Shown here one piece after another: positions 23,887-36,146 of a stretch of DNA of 64,000 bases. The notes below the pieces were generated by a model that saw only the letters and a program-made list of their open reading frames with translations, made no database searches and was not told the DNA's origin. Location of the stretch: assembly GCF_964204865.1 (NCBI RefSeq), contig NC_135251.1:17546001-17610000 (forward strand), read 5' to 3'. The number at the start of each line of letters is the position of its first letter. Position 1 is the stretch's first letter. The translations under genes were made by a program, and so were the position numbers. The DNA is from Styela clava. Lineage: Eukaryota.

Positions 23887-26477
23887 TTAGAACATGTCGT
23901 GACATTCGCCTCGAATTACTTCCATTCTCATGCATGGGTGATTATTCCATGATAATGGGTACAAACGAATAAGGCGACAAATCAGAGGTTTGGGAAACAT
24001 GTTAATCACTTTAGAATCCTCATCCGTGTTTCCTACAAAGACCTAAAGTAAAAAAACACATCATTTTGCAAAACACGACAAACGTTATTGTTATGATACC
24101 AATATCAAAAAGATTATAAGGGGAATAGAAATTGATAAATAGAAATGAATAATACAAATTTTGTTGTAATTTCCAGTTTCATCCTGCTTGTATACTTGGG
24201 AACCTGCGAATGAATTATTAGTATAGGATAGGATTTACATATTTATTTCTGGGGAGAGGAAAGCCGATACGGTGGCTTAATCATATGAAAAACCGCGGTC
24301 TCTCGTTCGGTTATCAGACCATGTCAGGTACGGGATTGTTAGCCAGTTATTCTTTTCAGATGCATGGAATTGATAGTGGTGAAAGCCGTAACCGACCAGG
24401 GGTTAAGTTAATCACTCTACGACAGAGAGGAGTCCCGCAATCATCTTACACATAGCTATTCTCGCATGGGATTCGAAACTGCGAACCCACGCAAGGTAAT
24501 CAGAGATGCGGTGGCGGGCGTATTTCTATATACCAATGTTTTTTGTTTAGTTGTTTAATTTCTATAGTGGGGTTACGGGCGATCACTGTAATAGCTTGTT
24601 ATACCGTAGTGATTGCGTGTAGCCAGATTGGTTTTTACCAAATAGAAGCAGCAGATTTTTTTGAATACAATAGCCCTTCATCGTATTATTTTGTTTTTCA
24701 TCCCTCGTGTACGATTATATAAAAGAAAATTGTGCGATACATACTTTGTCGACAGAATTATCCGTTATAGTTCTCAGAGTAGAAGTTGAATTCCCACACG
24801 CTACTTTGTATGTTTTTACCCACTGATTGTGATCCCATCCATATTTAATTGGGCGTCCCTGAGTTACTATTCCACCTATAAATCTCGGACGTTGAAAATC
24901 AACCTGAATCCACGGATGATTTGCTGAAAAATAATACTTTATAAATTTATTAGGATTTTTTTGAAAACTGTATACATGTTTTTACGTGTTTAACGCGAAT
25001 ATTTGCCACCGGATGTTGTTGGACTTGTCAAAATTATCGTTTATTTTTATTTATTTTTTTATTTACCTGATTCAGAGGTTATAATCAAAAAGAGATAGAG
25101 AACCGTTGATTGAGTATACAATTTTACATTCAAATAATGGGACATCGTACTCTTACTAATAATTTAAGTTAGAAAGGGCATGCAATGGTACTCATTTAAA
25201 AAACCTGGAGGGCCTAATTGGAAAGTAAAAAAACTGCAAAGATACAATGGATTATCAAGTGGAATTCAACACAGAAATACTTACTATCGTGTGTGGGGCA
25301 CCAAGCACCTATACTAAATCCAGTTGAAGCTGTATAGAAAACAGCATTTTCATCCATTCGTCCATGATGAGCGGCATGTCGGTAATCATAATCAGATGAT
25401 GCAGTAATCGCATGATCTGGAATATCCCTGTTCTTCATTCCCAATCCACAGTATGATACTGCAATGAATATGAAAGGATTTTCCATTTTATAAATAAGTA
25501 CTTCGATTATGTTCTACTGATCATCTGAGTATTTTCACGGAGTATTAGTTTCCATCGAATTGATCAATTGCAAACAACAATCGTCGCTTCGATCGAACTG
25601 TTGTATTCGATAACTGACTATAGTACTGCATATTTTGAAAATGGCGAATATGAAATATTATATATACGAATAATATAATTTATTTGCTTGACCCCTCTAC
25701 AAATAAGCTCACGACCGACTATGGCTTATATAGAATAGACCATAAGTCATTAACTATTTTCTCATTTCAGTTCCTTTCCTGGGTAAAATGAAATGTAAAA
25801 AATATATTGAATTGTAAATATCTTACGTTTTGGAATAATGTCAACGGTTTTCTTCATTTTTTCTAAAGTATAAATGCAAGAAGAAGAGCTCAATTATCTT
25901 TATTTTCCTATACGTATGTTGTATAATTAATGTTTTAATTTATTCAAATAAACTTCGTTGATAAACACTGTTTTATTATCTACTGGACCTGGTCTAGTAA
26001 AAATTCATTGCCAATTAAAAAACTCGTTCGTTTTTCCAAAATGGTATTTATTCTGTAAATATAAGTTCTGGACAAGTAATAAGCTTGGGTTTCACGCGAT
26101 TCCATAGCGAGCCGTCCGAAATAATCTAAAATGTGATTCATGACGTCAACGTGTCTCGTTTCCAGTTGGCTATATTTAGGACGTAGGAAATGAAATTTCT
26201 ATGCAAAAAATTTACCTTCTAACAATCTTATTTTATCTTCCAGGCTTTCCGTTGTCCCCTCTTGGCCTCTGTCACCTTTTACACCAGGCAGACCCCTCCT
26301 ACCCTCTGGCCCTCGCTTTCCAGGCCTTCCCTGGCACTGATCAGCACAGCTATGACTCGATGCAGTTTTGTCAGTCATTAGAGCAGAACAAAACTCGTAT
26401 ACGTTCGGTATGTCACCTAAAACTGCAGGTATGATCACGACACAGCACCATAATACGACAAAAGATTTATGCGGCAT
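23887..26477 (-). CDS. Secreted collagen-neck-discoidin (F5/8 type C) protein, copy A1, 268 aa
   Basis: Exons 26477-26216, 25862-25827, 25458-25285, 24923-24745, 24042-23887; all GT-AG, 807 nt. Signal peptide, (GXY)9, heptad neck, and discoidin motifs CGLGM..IPD..ITASS, AWC, WIQVDF..GIVTQG, QWVKTYKV, FVGNTD, RLYPLSW..CMRMEV..C. Confidence 0.92.
24223..24522 (-). mobile_element. tRNA-derived SINE in intron 4 of gene A (also in A2 and A3; partial in T, B and C copies)
   Basis: On the - strand there is a B-box-like TTCGAATCC and an (ATCCT)n tail. B-type introns keep the head, with A-box-like TGGCGCAACGTG and GGTACGAATCC (e.g. ~55920-56005). Confidence 0.65.
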
Positions 26478-26619
26478 ATCTATTTTATTTAATATTAACC
26501 GCAATAAAAAAAAGTATATTGTAGAAAATTTGGGCAAATATTTTCATCTTTGAAAAGCTTCCATATGTCCTGATAAATGTAATTTAAAATTGAAATGAAC
26601 ATATCGTTATACGGTTATA

Positions 26620-26980
26620 CCCTCTGTTCAATATGTCAAACATTGTAGTTAACGGCTTTGTTGTATCTTAACTTCCAAACTATTATTTTGCATCATTCCG
26701 AATTTACAAATACTACTCCATGACTAGATGCCGCTAATGTTTTTTTGACTTTGCCATCTTATATATATATATAAATATTAGGTCATCAGGGAAATAACGT
26801 TATATTTCACATTTTTTTCAAATTGAAATGACAATGGTTTTAATGTGTGAATTGAATGAGCTTCAGTATTTTCTCGTGGGAAACTTACATAGCGCTGATT
26901 TTCCTAACCACATCGTATGATTAGATATTATGTTAAAGGCATTTACCGAGCCACTAATAATCCAATAGGTTGGTGGTGAT
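26620..26980 (-). promoter_or_regulatory. Putative promoter and non-coding first exon of gene A1 (repeated upstream of every copy)
   Basis: (TA)n TATA-like box at ~26760-26774; CGTGGGAA at 26875-26882; AACCACA at 26906-26912; CCAAT at ~26962; candidate 5'-UTR donor GG|gtataa at 26620. Confidence 0.5.
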
Positions 26981-27499
26981 TGATTTGATATTTTAAATCA
27001 GTGCTTACGCTAATAAATGTAATTTGTTGAAATCCAAGTAAGACTGGTTACAAACACTCATTTAGTTCAATACCCAAGCACCGCTTATTTTGTGTTTCAG
27101 GGAGGCGAATACTGTGCGTGCGGGAAAGACGATATGTCTGGGCGCATGCTTGACCAAGCTTATTTTTACGAAAAAGTTCACAAGTTTCGTCGCTAATAAT
27201 TATAAGAAACAAACGGGCCGACACGGATGCCTTGACCAATGAACGATCCGTCAACGCAAACTACGATGAACCCGGCATAGGTGATTATATTCGCGGCACT
27301 CCCAGAGAATCGTAGTCTTCTCTCATTGGGCAGTGATAGACCTCCCTTGGGACACACAATAAGACAAAAGTGACCCAATGAGTGCGTTGACGCTTAAGTT
27401 GAGAAACATATAAAATTTTTGCAAATTCCAACTAAACGGTTAAGTACTTATAGGCCTTGAATCTAAAATTCAGTGTAAACTAAGTTCGGTTCAAAGTGG

Positions 27500-28669
27500 T
27501 AGGCCTATTGCAAGGATGGCATTCGATGGAGAAATTTCTAACAATCAGTCGATCGCAAGATATTAAGAAAATGTTAATCGATCTCGGCGATCCGCTGCGC
27601 ATATCCATATATTGTAAACTGTAGTAGTTTTTAGGATAAAAGCTTTGGAATCGTGTGGTAATTGTCACAGCTCAAAAAAGCAACAGAAAGTCATAGCTAT
27701 TTAAAGATGAGAATCACTCAAAAAAATTCAGAAACCCGAAAATCTGCATGCGTGCTTTTTCCGTTCGGCATTCTTTTTTTCGATAAATATTACTATCCAA
27801 ATAAAAGGTTATGAATATTTCTTTGTTTAAACCAGAAAACTGTAAAGAACAGTATAATATTCCTGAGTTCACCTTGACACCCATGAATTTGTTGCGACGC
27901 TGCAGGTGGCTACGAGACGCACAACAAAGTAGGGACCGCAGTGATCTTTACCGGGTGAGGCACAGCAGGATTTTGAGCCTGGTGCGAAGTTCGCAAGGAC
28001 ATTCTCATTGTAATATAAATTCATTTTTTTTGAAGCATTGATCAACTGCAGAGGCATTGATATAATGAACCCAATGAAAATTTTACTTTACAGTCCAGAT
28101 TTATAAAAGAATCATTGTCACAATTCATTCTTGGGCTCTCTTGATAACGTTTACCCATCGATAAGTATACGAGCATTTAAACTGTTGTCCGAATTTTCAA
28201 CCAGTTACTTCTAGCTTCAATTAAAACGAAACAAATAAATCGACTGTGAGCCGCTGCGGAGCTTTGTGTTGCAAAACCTTTTTTAGATGCCTCGTTTGCA
28301 GTCCTGTATTGAAAACGACACAGTAGCAAAATTCTCCCTGGAGTTATATGATTTGACATCTGCATGTTTTTATGTGAGATGTGTACCTTTTTTACGCATA
28401 ATGCGTGCCCAGCACTGCATCTTATTACGGAAATATAAGTTATTAATTTATATTCCACCCATTTCAATTTTTGTCGGCACATTATTTGATAGTTTTTCCT
28501 CATGCGAAATGTTTTTAGGGGGTGCCTTTTTTTTCTAAAGGCATAGTGATTGCTCGACATTACGCAAATATATGTTATTATTTTCTTTTCCACTAATTTC
28601 AGTTTTTGCCGGTCCGCAAAGACATTTTATTTTACCGGTCCGCCAGGGTAGAAAGGTTGGGAACCACTG
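27500..28669. mobile_element. Truncated hAT (Charlie-like) element, right end only; copies at +12,261, +24,522 and ~58.8-60.0 kb
   Basis: Terminus GGTTGGGAACCACTG followed by TTCTAGAG, a typical Charlie-type target; subterminal CCGGTCCGC repeats. No matching left TIR was found and the left boundary is approximate. Confidence 0.6.
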
Positions 28670-29162
28670 TTCTAGAGACATATCGGTGGATTGACCGCTC
28701 AACCAATCTCAATGTTGGAATCAGAAGTTATTATCAAAGATTATTATGCTTTTCATTTATTTTTTCCCTTTTATGTATTTTGTTGGCGGCTTTTTGATTA
28801 TCTCTACTTTGGATCTCTATCAATTTCATACACGATCTAACACAAGTTGAACGAGTTTTATTGAAAATCATTAATGCGTAATGCCTACTTATGAAATTTA
28901 TAAGTGTTATGAAGAACAACAACAAGAAGCAACATCTGAAGCAGTCTACAAAATTTGAAAACTTTGAAAAAAAGAAACAACATATTTTATGATTGCTGAT
29001 AAAACTGAAAATTTGAAACGCGGTTCAATAGTGAAAAGAAAAACAACTAGTCGATTTAGTGTTTGATAATGAGCCAAAAGTTAGCTCAATATTTCAGTAA
29101 AATTCTGAAAAGGCGTTCCTAGGTCGGTTGTAAGCCTATTCAAAGTCGAATAGCATGGATTC

Positions 29163-30051
29163 TTAGAACAAGTCGTGACATTCGCCTCGAATTACTTCCA
29201 TTCTCATGCATTGGTGATATTTCCATGATAATGGGTACAAACAAACAAAGCGACAAATCAGAGGTTTGGGAAACATGTTAATCACTTTAGAATTCTCATC
29301 CGTGTTTCCTGAAAAGACCTATAGTAAAACATAAATAAAAATATTATTTTACAAAATACGACAAACATTATTGTTATACTTTCGATATAAAAAAGCACAA
29401 AAGAAATAGATGAATAGGAAAATAACTGAAAAGTTTATTGTAATTTCCAGATTAATCTTGCTTATATACTTGGAACCTTACGAAGGAAATATTAAGATAG
29501 GATTTGCATATTTAACCCGGGGAGAGGTAAACTGATAAGACGGCTTAATCATATGTCGAACCCCGGCCTCGAGTACGGCTACCAGTCCGCGTCGGGAATG
29601 AAATTAGTTGGCCAGTTATTTGTTTCCGGTTTATAGACTTGTTAGTGGAGAAAGCCGTAACCGACCGGCGCTTACGTGAACCACCCTATACGGCAGCGAA
29701 AAGTTTAGCAATTTTCTCGCACATTTGATACGAATATGCGAACCCACGAATTAGTAACTAATATAGGTAATAATGAATAGCTAATATATTTATATATATA
29801 ATAGTTCTTCATCGTATTACTTTTTTTATCCCTAGTGTGCGTTTATATACAAGAATATTGTACGATACATACTTTGTCAATAGCATTATCCGTTATAGTT
29901 CTCAGAGTAGAAGTTGAATTCCCACACGCTATTTTGCATGTTTTTACCCACTGATTGAAGTCCCATACGTATTTAATTGGGCGTCCCTGTGTTACTATTC
30001 CACCTATAAATCTCGGGCGTTGAAAATCAACCTGAATCCACTGATCATTTG
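29163..30051 (-). pseudogene. Orphan discoidin exons 4-5 (cassette T1)
   Basis: Exons 30051-29873 and 29318-29163 have open frames and intact splice sites. Intron 3 jumps at ~30395 into intron-1 sequence and then into gene B's 3' flank; exons 1-3 are absent. Confidence 0.8.
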
Positions 30052-31167
30052 CTGATAAATATTAATTCGCAAATTCAGTATGATTTTCCTTTTTTTGAAA
30101 CTGTATCAAATTTTTACGTGTTTAACGCAAAATAGTTTCCTCCGGATATTATTGAAGTTGTTATAGTAATCGCTGGCTTTTATAAAATATTTACCTGATT
30201 TGATGGTTATACTCAGAAAAAGATAGATAATCTGTTGGTTCATTACAATTTTTACATGCAAATAATGATACGTCGTACTCCTATTAAAAAATATAGTGCA
30301 TGGAAGGGGCATGGCAAAGGTACTCGCTATATATATATGGAGGGCCTCGTTTAAAAAATAAAACAAAAATGTTGAGATACATCGATTGGAAGTGATCGTT
30401 TTGCAAATTGTTGGACTGAGAGTCATTACTTGAGGAATTATAGGGACCCCAGGAGGCATTTGTGTTAAAAATGGCTGCCCTGGAGTAATGACACAATTCT
30501 CTACATTGCAGCTTTCGTATTTTGCGCACTATCGTTGCATATTACCATTTTATTTAATTCCTAAACTGCCTGGGTGTTTTTGTCAAATTTGTGACACCGA
30601 AAAAACGAATAACATACACTGATATCTCTGGATTGACCGTTCGATCAACGTTGGAATCAGAATTTATTATCAAAGATATTTATGTTTTCAAATTTGTATC
30701 CTTGTTGGCGACTTTTTGACTATATCCACCGGGACCTCTACCAATTTTATACACGACCTAACACAAGTTAAACGAGTTTTATTAAAAAAACTAATGCGTT
30801 ACGCTTATATTTACGAAATTCAAGTTTTAACACATGATGAAAATAGTACAATACTTAAATGCTCATGCACACGAATACGGAAGTTAATTGGCACCATTTT
30901 TTTCGTACGTTAGCAACATCTGAAGCAGTCTACAAAATTTGAAAACTTATCAAAATAAACAACATATTTTATCTACTGTACTGATAACAATTGCTGCAAA
31001 ACTAAACATTTGAAACGCGATTCAGTAGTGAAAATGAGAAAACTAATCGATTTAGTGTTTGATATTGAGCCAAAAGTTGGCTTAATCTTTCAGTAAAATT
31101 GTGTAAATCCTGTGAAGGCTTTTCTAGATCGTCTGTAAGCCTATTCGAAGTCGAATAGCATAGATTC

Positions 31168-33331
31168 TTAGAACATGTCGTGACATTCGCCTCGAATTAC
31201 TTCCATTCTCATGCATATGCCAATATTCCAGGACATTGGATATAAACGAACAAAACGACAAGACAGAGGTTTGGGGAACATGTTAATCACTTTAGAATCC
31301 TCATCCGTGTTTCCTACAAAAACCTAAAGGAAAAACAACATCATTTTACAAAAGAGACGAGAAATTCAGTAATCCCCTCGCACATAATTATCTCACGTGG
31401 GATTCGTACCCACGCAGATAATCAGAGGTGCGGTGGCGAACGTACTCGTAAAGCATAGCACGTTGCGCCACAAATCTAAATCGTAAGAAAATTTCAAAAG
31501 CAACTAATTTCAATACGAATGTTTGCTGTTCAGTTATTTAATTTCCATAGCGGTGTTACGGGCACCATTGAAATGGCATGGTCTGTCGCTGTCAATGTGT
31601 GTAGCTAGATTGGTTTTTACCAGTGAAGTAGTATATTTATTCAAATATAATACCCCTTTTTCGTATTGCTGTTTGTTTTTCATCCTTTGTCTACAATCAT
31701 ATAAAAGAAAATTATACGATACATACTTTGTCGATCTCATTATCCGTTATAGTTCTCAGAGTAGAAGTTGAATTCCCACACGCTACTTTGTATGTTTTTA
31801 CCCGCTGATTGTAGTTCCATCTGTATTTAATTGGGCGGCCCTGAGTTACTATTCCACCTATAAATCTCGGACGTTGAAAATCAATCTGAATCCACTCACC
31901 ATTTGCTGATAAATATTAATTCGCAAATTTAGTATGAGTTTTATATTTTTTAGAAACTGTTAAAATATTTTTACGTTTAATCGTTTACTTTTCAAAATGT
32001 CTACCTGATTGGAAGATTAGAAAAAGGTGAAGAATCGACTGTTAATTCATTACAATTTTACATGGGAATAATAGTACATCGTGCTCCTTAGAAGTGGCAT
32101 GCTATGGGGCTCGTTTAAAAAATATAGAGGGCTTCGTTTGAAATATAAAACGAAATGTTAGGATCCACTTGATGTTAAGATATATCAAGTGAAAGTGAAC
32201 ACAAAAATACCTACTGTTTTGTCCGGAGCACCAGGCACCTACACTAAATCCAGATGAAGCTGTATGGAAAACAGCATTTTCATTCATTCGTCCATGATGA
32301 GCGGCATGTCGGTAATCAGAAACAGATGATGCAGTAATCACATGATCTGGAATATCCCTGCTCTTCATTCCCATTCCACAGTAGGATACTGCAATGGATA
32401 TAAAAGAAATTTTCTATTTATAAATAAGTGCTTCGATTATATTCTACTGATCATCTGATTATTTTTATGGTATGGATATAGAACAAATTTTATTTACCTG
32501 ATTATTTAATTTCGTAGGCCAATAGTCATTATTTTTCTATTTCAGTACCTATCCAGAGTAAAATGAAATGTAAAAAAATACATTGAATTTTAAATTACTT
32601 ACGTTTTGGAATAATGTCAACGGTTTTCTTCATTTTTTCTGAAGTAAAAATCAAGAAGATGCGCTCAGATTATCCTTAATTTCCTTTTTGTATTTTGTAG
32701 AATTAAACAGTTTTAATTTATTCAAATAAATTCTAATAAAATTCCTTGTGTCTCACTGTTTTATTATCCACTGGACACGGCCCAGAAAAAATTAATTGCC
32801 GTTTCAGGAACTTGTTTTACGAATTGTCGGACCGAAAGTCACTGCTCGATGAATTATATCAAAACAATTCATTTTTCATAAAATGTATTCATTCTGTGCA
32901 ATATAAGTTCTGAAAATGTAATATGCTTGGGTTTCACGCAATTCCATATCAAACCCGTCCAAAATAATTCAAAATGTAATGTCCAAAATGTAAATGTAAT
33001 GTCTCAGTTCCAGTTGGCTATATTTAGGGCGTAAAAAATGAATGTTAAATGCATAACAAAAAAGCTTACCTTCTAACAATCTTATTTTCTCCTCCAAGCG
33101 TTCCGTTGTCCCCTCTTCGCCTCTGTCACCTTTTACACCAGGCAGACCCCTCCTACCCTCTGGCCCCCGCTTTCCGGGCCTTCCCTGGCACTGAGCAGCA
33201 CAGTTATGACTCGATGCAGTTTTGTCAGTCATTAGAGCAGAACAAAACTCGTATACGTTCGGTATGTCACTTAAAACTGCAGGTATGATTACGACACAGC
33301 ACCATAATACGACGAAAGATTTATGCGGCAT
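31168..33331 (-). CDS. Secreted collagen-neck-discoidin protein, copy B1, 268 aa
   Basis: Exons 33331-33070, 32638-32603, 32388-32215, 31905-31727, 31323-31168; open frame. Carries a W>R change in the QWV motif. Confidence 0.88.
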
Positions 33332-34031
33332 ATCTATTTTATTCAATATTAATTGCAATTAAAAAAAGTATATTGTAGAAAATTTGGGCAAATATTTTCA
33401 TCTTTGAAAGGCTTCCATATGTCCTGATAAATGTAATTTAAAATTGAAATGAACATATCGTTATACCCTCTGTTTAATATCAAACATTGTAGTTAACGGC
33501 TTTGTTGTATCTTAACTTCCAAACTATTGTTTAGCATCATCCCGAATTTACAAATACCACTCCATGACTAGACGCCGCTAATGTTGTTTTGACCTTGCCA
33601 TCTTATATATATAGAGAGAGAGAGAAATATTAGGTCATCAGGGTACTAACGTTATATTTCACATTTTAGTTTTTCGAAACTGAAATGGAAGTTCAAAAAA
33701 TGCCGAGACAATGGTTTTAATGTGTAAATTGAACGAGCTTCAGTATTTTCTCGTGGGAAACTTACATTGCGCTGTTTTTCCCAACCACATCGCCTGATCG
33801 TAAAGAGATTATATTTTGAAAACATTTACCAAACCACTAAGCCAATAAAGCTTGGTGGTGACTAATTGATATTTTAAATCAGTGCTAACGCTAATAAATG
33901 TAATTTGTTGAGATCCAAGTGAGACTGGTTACAAATACTCATTTATTTCAGTATCCAAGCACCGCTTATTTTGAGTCCCTATGCTTACTCTAATCTGGAA
34001 AGAAGTATTCATCAATATCACCTATATGTAT

Positions 34032-34838
34032 CAGAGTTGGATCAATTGTAATTTGTAATTGTAATTGATGTAATTAATTACAGTTTTTCATGTAATTGTA
34101 ATGTAATCGAGGCATTTTCATTCTGTGTAATTGTAAATGTAATTGTAATTTGCTAAAATTTCGGCTCAATTACACTTTCAAGTACACCAGGGGTCACCAA
34201 ACTAGGGCGTCCTTTCATCTGGCAAATAACACGAAAAAGGGCGAAATATTTTTCCAAGGGGCGTTTCCGAGAATCGCCTTCCTTTTTTTTATTTCGTAAC
34301 ATTAGCCAATCAGCAAGATGCGAAAAAGAGACGTAACAATATGCCTTTTCGCATCCGTTAAGACACTCGGACAGATTTTCAGTCGTGGTTGTAAACATTA
34401 CCTCATTTTGCGATTTCGAATGCTATTCGTTAGATTTTAGTTGTGTTTCGGAAATTTAAGTTTGAATCAAATAAGTGAATCCTCATATTGCCTTCTTAGG
34501 AGTTATAGTTTAATTATAAGTAGTTATCAAAATTAGTCTAGAAATAGCTGTGATAAAATAGGCTAAATCCATGGGAACACTGGCTGTCTGGTTTGATTCT
34601 GTAAATTCTTGCTACGCGAAACTCGGAAATTTTTTGAGGGTAGCGGTAGCATCAAGGGTAAACTGCTTCGCTCTGTGTAACGTGTCCATATATTTGAGCA
34701 TTGCTCTGTTGTAATTGTAAATGTAATGTAATTGTATTTTGATACTTTTTGCACGGAGTAATTGTAATGTAATTGAAATATTTAAGGAAGTAATTGCAAT
34801 TGTAATTGAACTGAATTAATGTAATTGATCCAACTCTG
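34032..34838. mobile_element. hAT-type MITE (807 bp) with TGTAAT subterminal arrays
   Basis: Perfect 16-bp TIR CAGAGTTGGATCAATT; perfect 8-bp TSD ATATGTAT; a second, internal hAT-like end CAGGGGTCACCAAACT at 34188. Confidence 0.9.
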
Positions 34839-34932
34839 ATATGTATCATTTTTTCTTTTGCCTGGAAGGTTTGATAGTTAGACAGTTTGAATGCAAATTA
34901 TATTCAAATTTGTCATTTTTTAAAGAATAAAT

Positions 34933-35815
34933 AATTTAGAATTAAAATGAACATATCGGTATACCCACTGTTCAATGTGTCAAACATTGAAGTTAACGAC
35001 TTTGTTCGTCTGTATCTTAATTTCCCAACTAACATTTTGCATCATCCCGATTTTACAAATACTACTCCTATAACTAGACGCCGCTAATGTTTTTTTGACT
35101 TTGCCATCTTATATGTATATATATAAATATTCGGTCATCAGGGAACTAACGTTATATTTCACATTTTTTTTTAAATTGAAATGGAAGTTCAAAAAATGCC
35201 GAGACAATGGTTTTAATGTGTGAATTGAACGAGCTTCAGTATTTTCTCGTGGGAAACTTACATTGCGCTGATTTTCCTAACCACATCGTACGATTAGATA
35301 ATATGTTAAAGGCCATTACCGAGCCACTAATAATCCAATAGGTTGGTGGTGATTGATTTGATATTTTAAATCAGTGCTAACGCTAATAAATGTAATTTGT
35401 TGAGATTCAAGTGAGCCTGGTTACAAATACTCATTTAGTTAAATATCCAAGAAGCTCTTATTTTGTGCTCCAAGGAGGCGAATACTATGCGTGCGGGAAA
35501 GACGATATGTCTGGGCGCATGCTTGACCAAGCTTATTTTTACATAACAGTTTACAAGTTCCGTCACTAATAATTATAATAAACATGTAACTACGATGAAA
35601 CCCATAGGTAATTATATTCACGGCACTCCTAGAGAATCGTAGTCCACTTCATTGGAAAGATAGCCTTCCTTTGGCTATGTCACAATAAGACAAACGTAAC
35701 CCAATGAGTGACGTCTAAAGTTGAGAAGCATATAAAACTTTTCAAATTCCAAATAAACGGTGTAGTTAGTGAAGTTATCAAGGTTAGTGTAGTAAACTAA
35801 GTTCGAGTCAAAGTG
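34933..35815 (-). promoter_or_regulatory. Orphan duplicate of the cluster promoter and 5'-UTR exon (also ~47194-48076)
   Basis: Colinear with 26590-27500 and most similar to the copy-C promoter (~63010-63175). No coding exon 1 follows it directly. Confidence 0.7.
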
Positions 35816-36146
35816 GGAAAGACAGAAATGCTCATGCACACGAATACGAAAGTCAATTGTCACCATTTTCCTCGTACTTTTAGCAACATCTGAAGTAGTA
35901 TAATTATACAGATTGAAAAAATTTACAAAATTAAACATTATATTCTATCTACTGTAATGATTCTGATTGCTGCTGAAACTGAAAATTTAAAACGCGGATC
36001 AACAGTGAAAAAGAGAAGCAACTGGTCGATTTAATGTTTGATAATGAGTCAAAAGTTGGCTTTATCTTTCAGTAAAATTTTGTAAATCCTGTAAAGGCTT
36101 TTCTCGGTCGTTTGTAAGCCTATTCAATGTCGAATAGCATGGATTC

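Noticed and set aside
27811-28593. ORFs of 76-138 aa conserved in each repeat unit
   Set aside because: Their conservation only reflects recent duplication. They lie within the truncated hAT element and the longest is disrupted in the 59-kb copy. The RILSLVRSSQGHSH stretch only weakly recalls a hAT transposase C-terminus.
33990-34860. TGTAAT repeat arrays as a regulatory or satellite element
   Set aside because: They are explained as subterminal repeats of a MITE with perfect TIRs and TSD.
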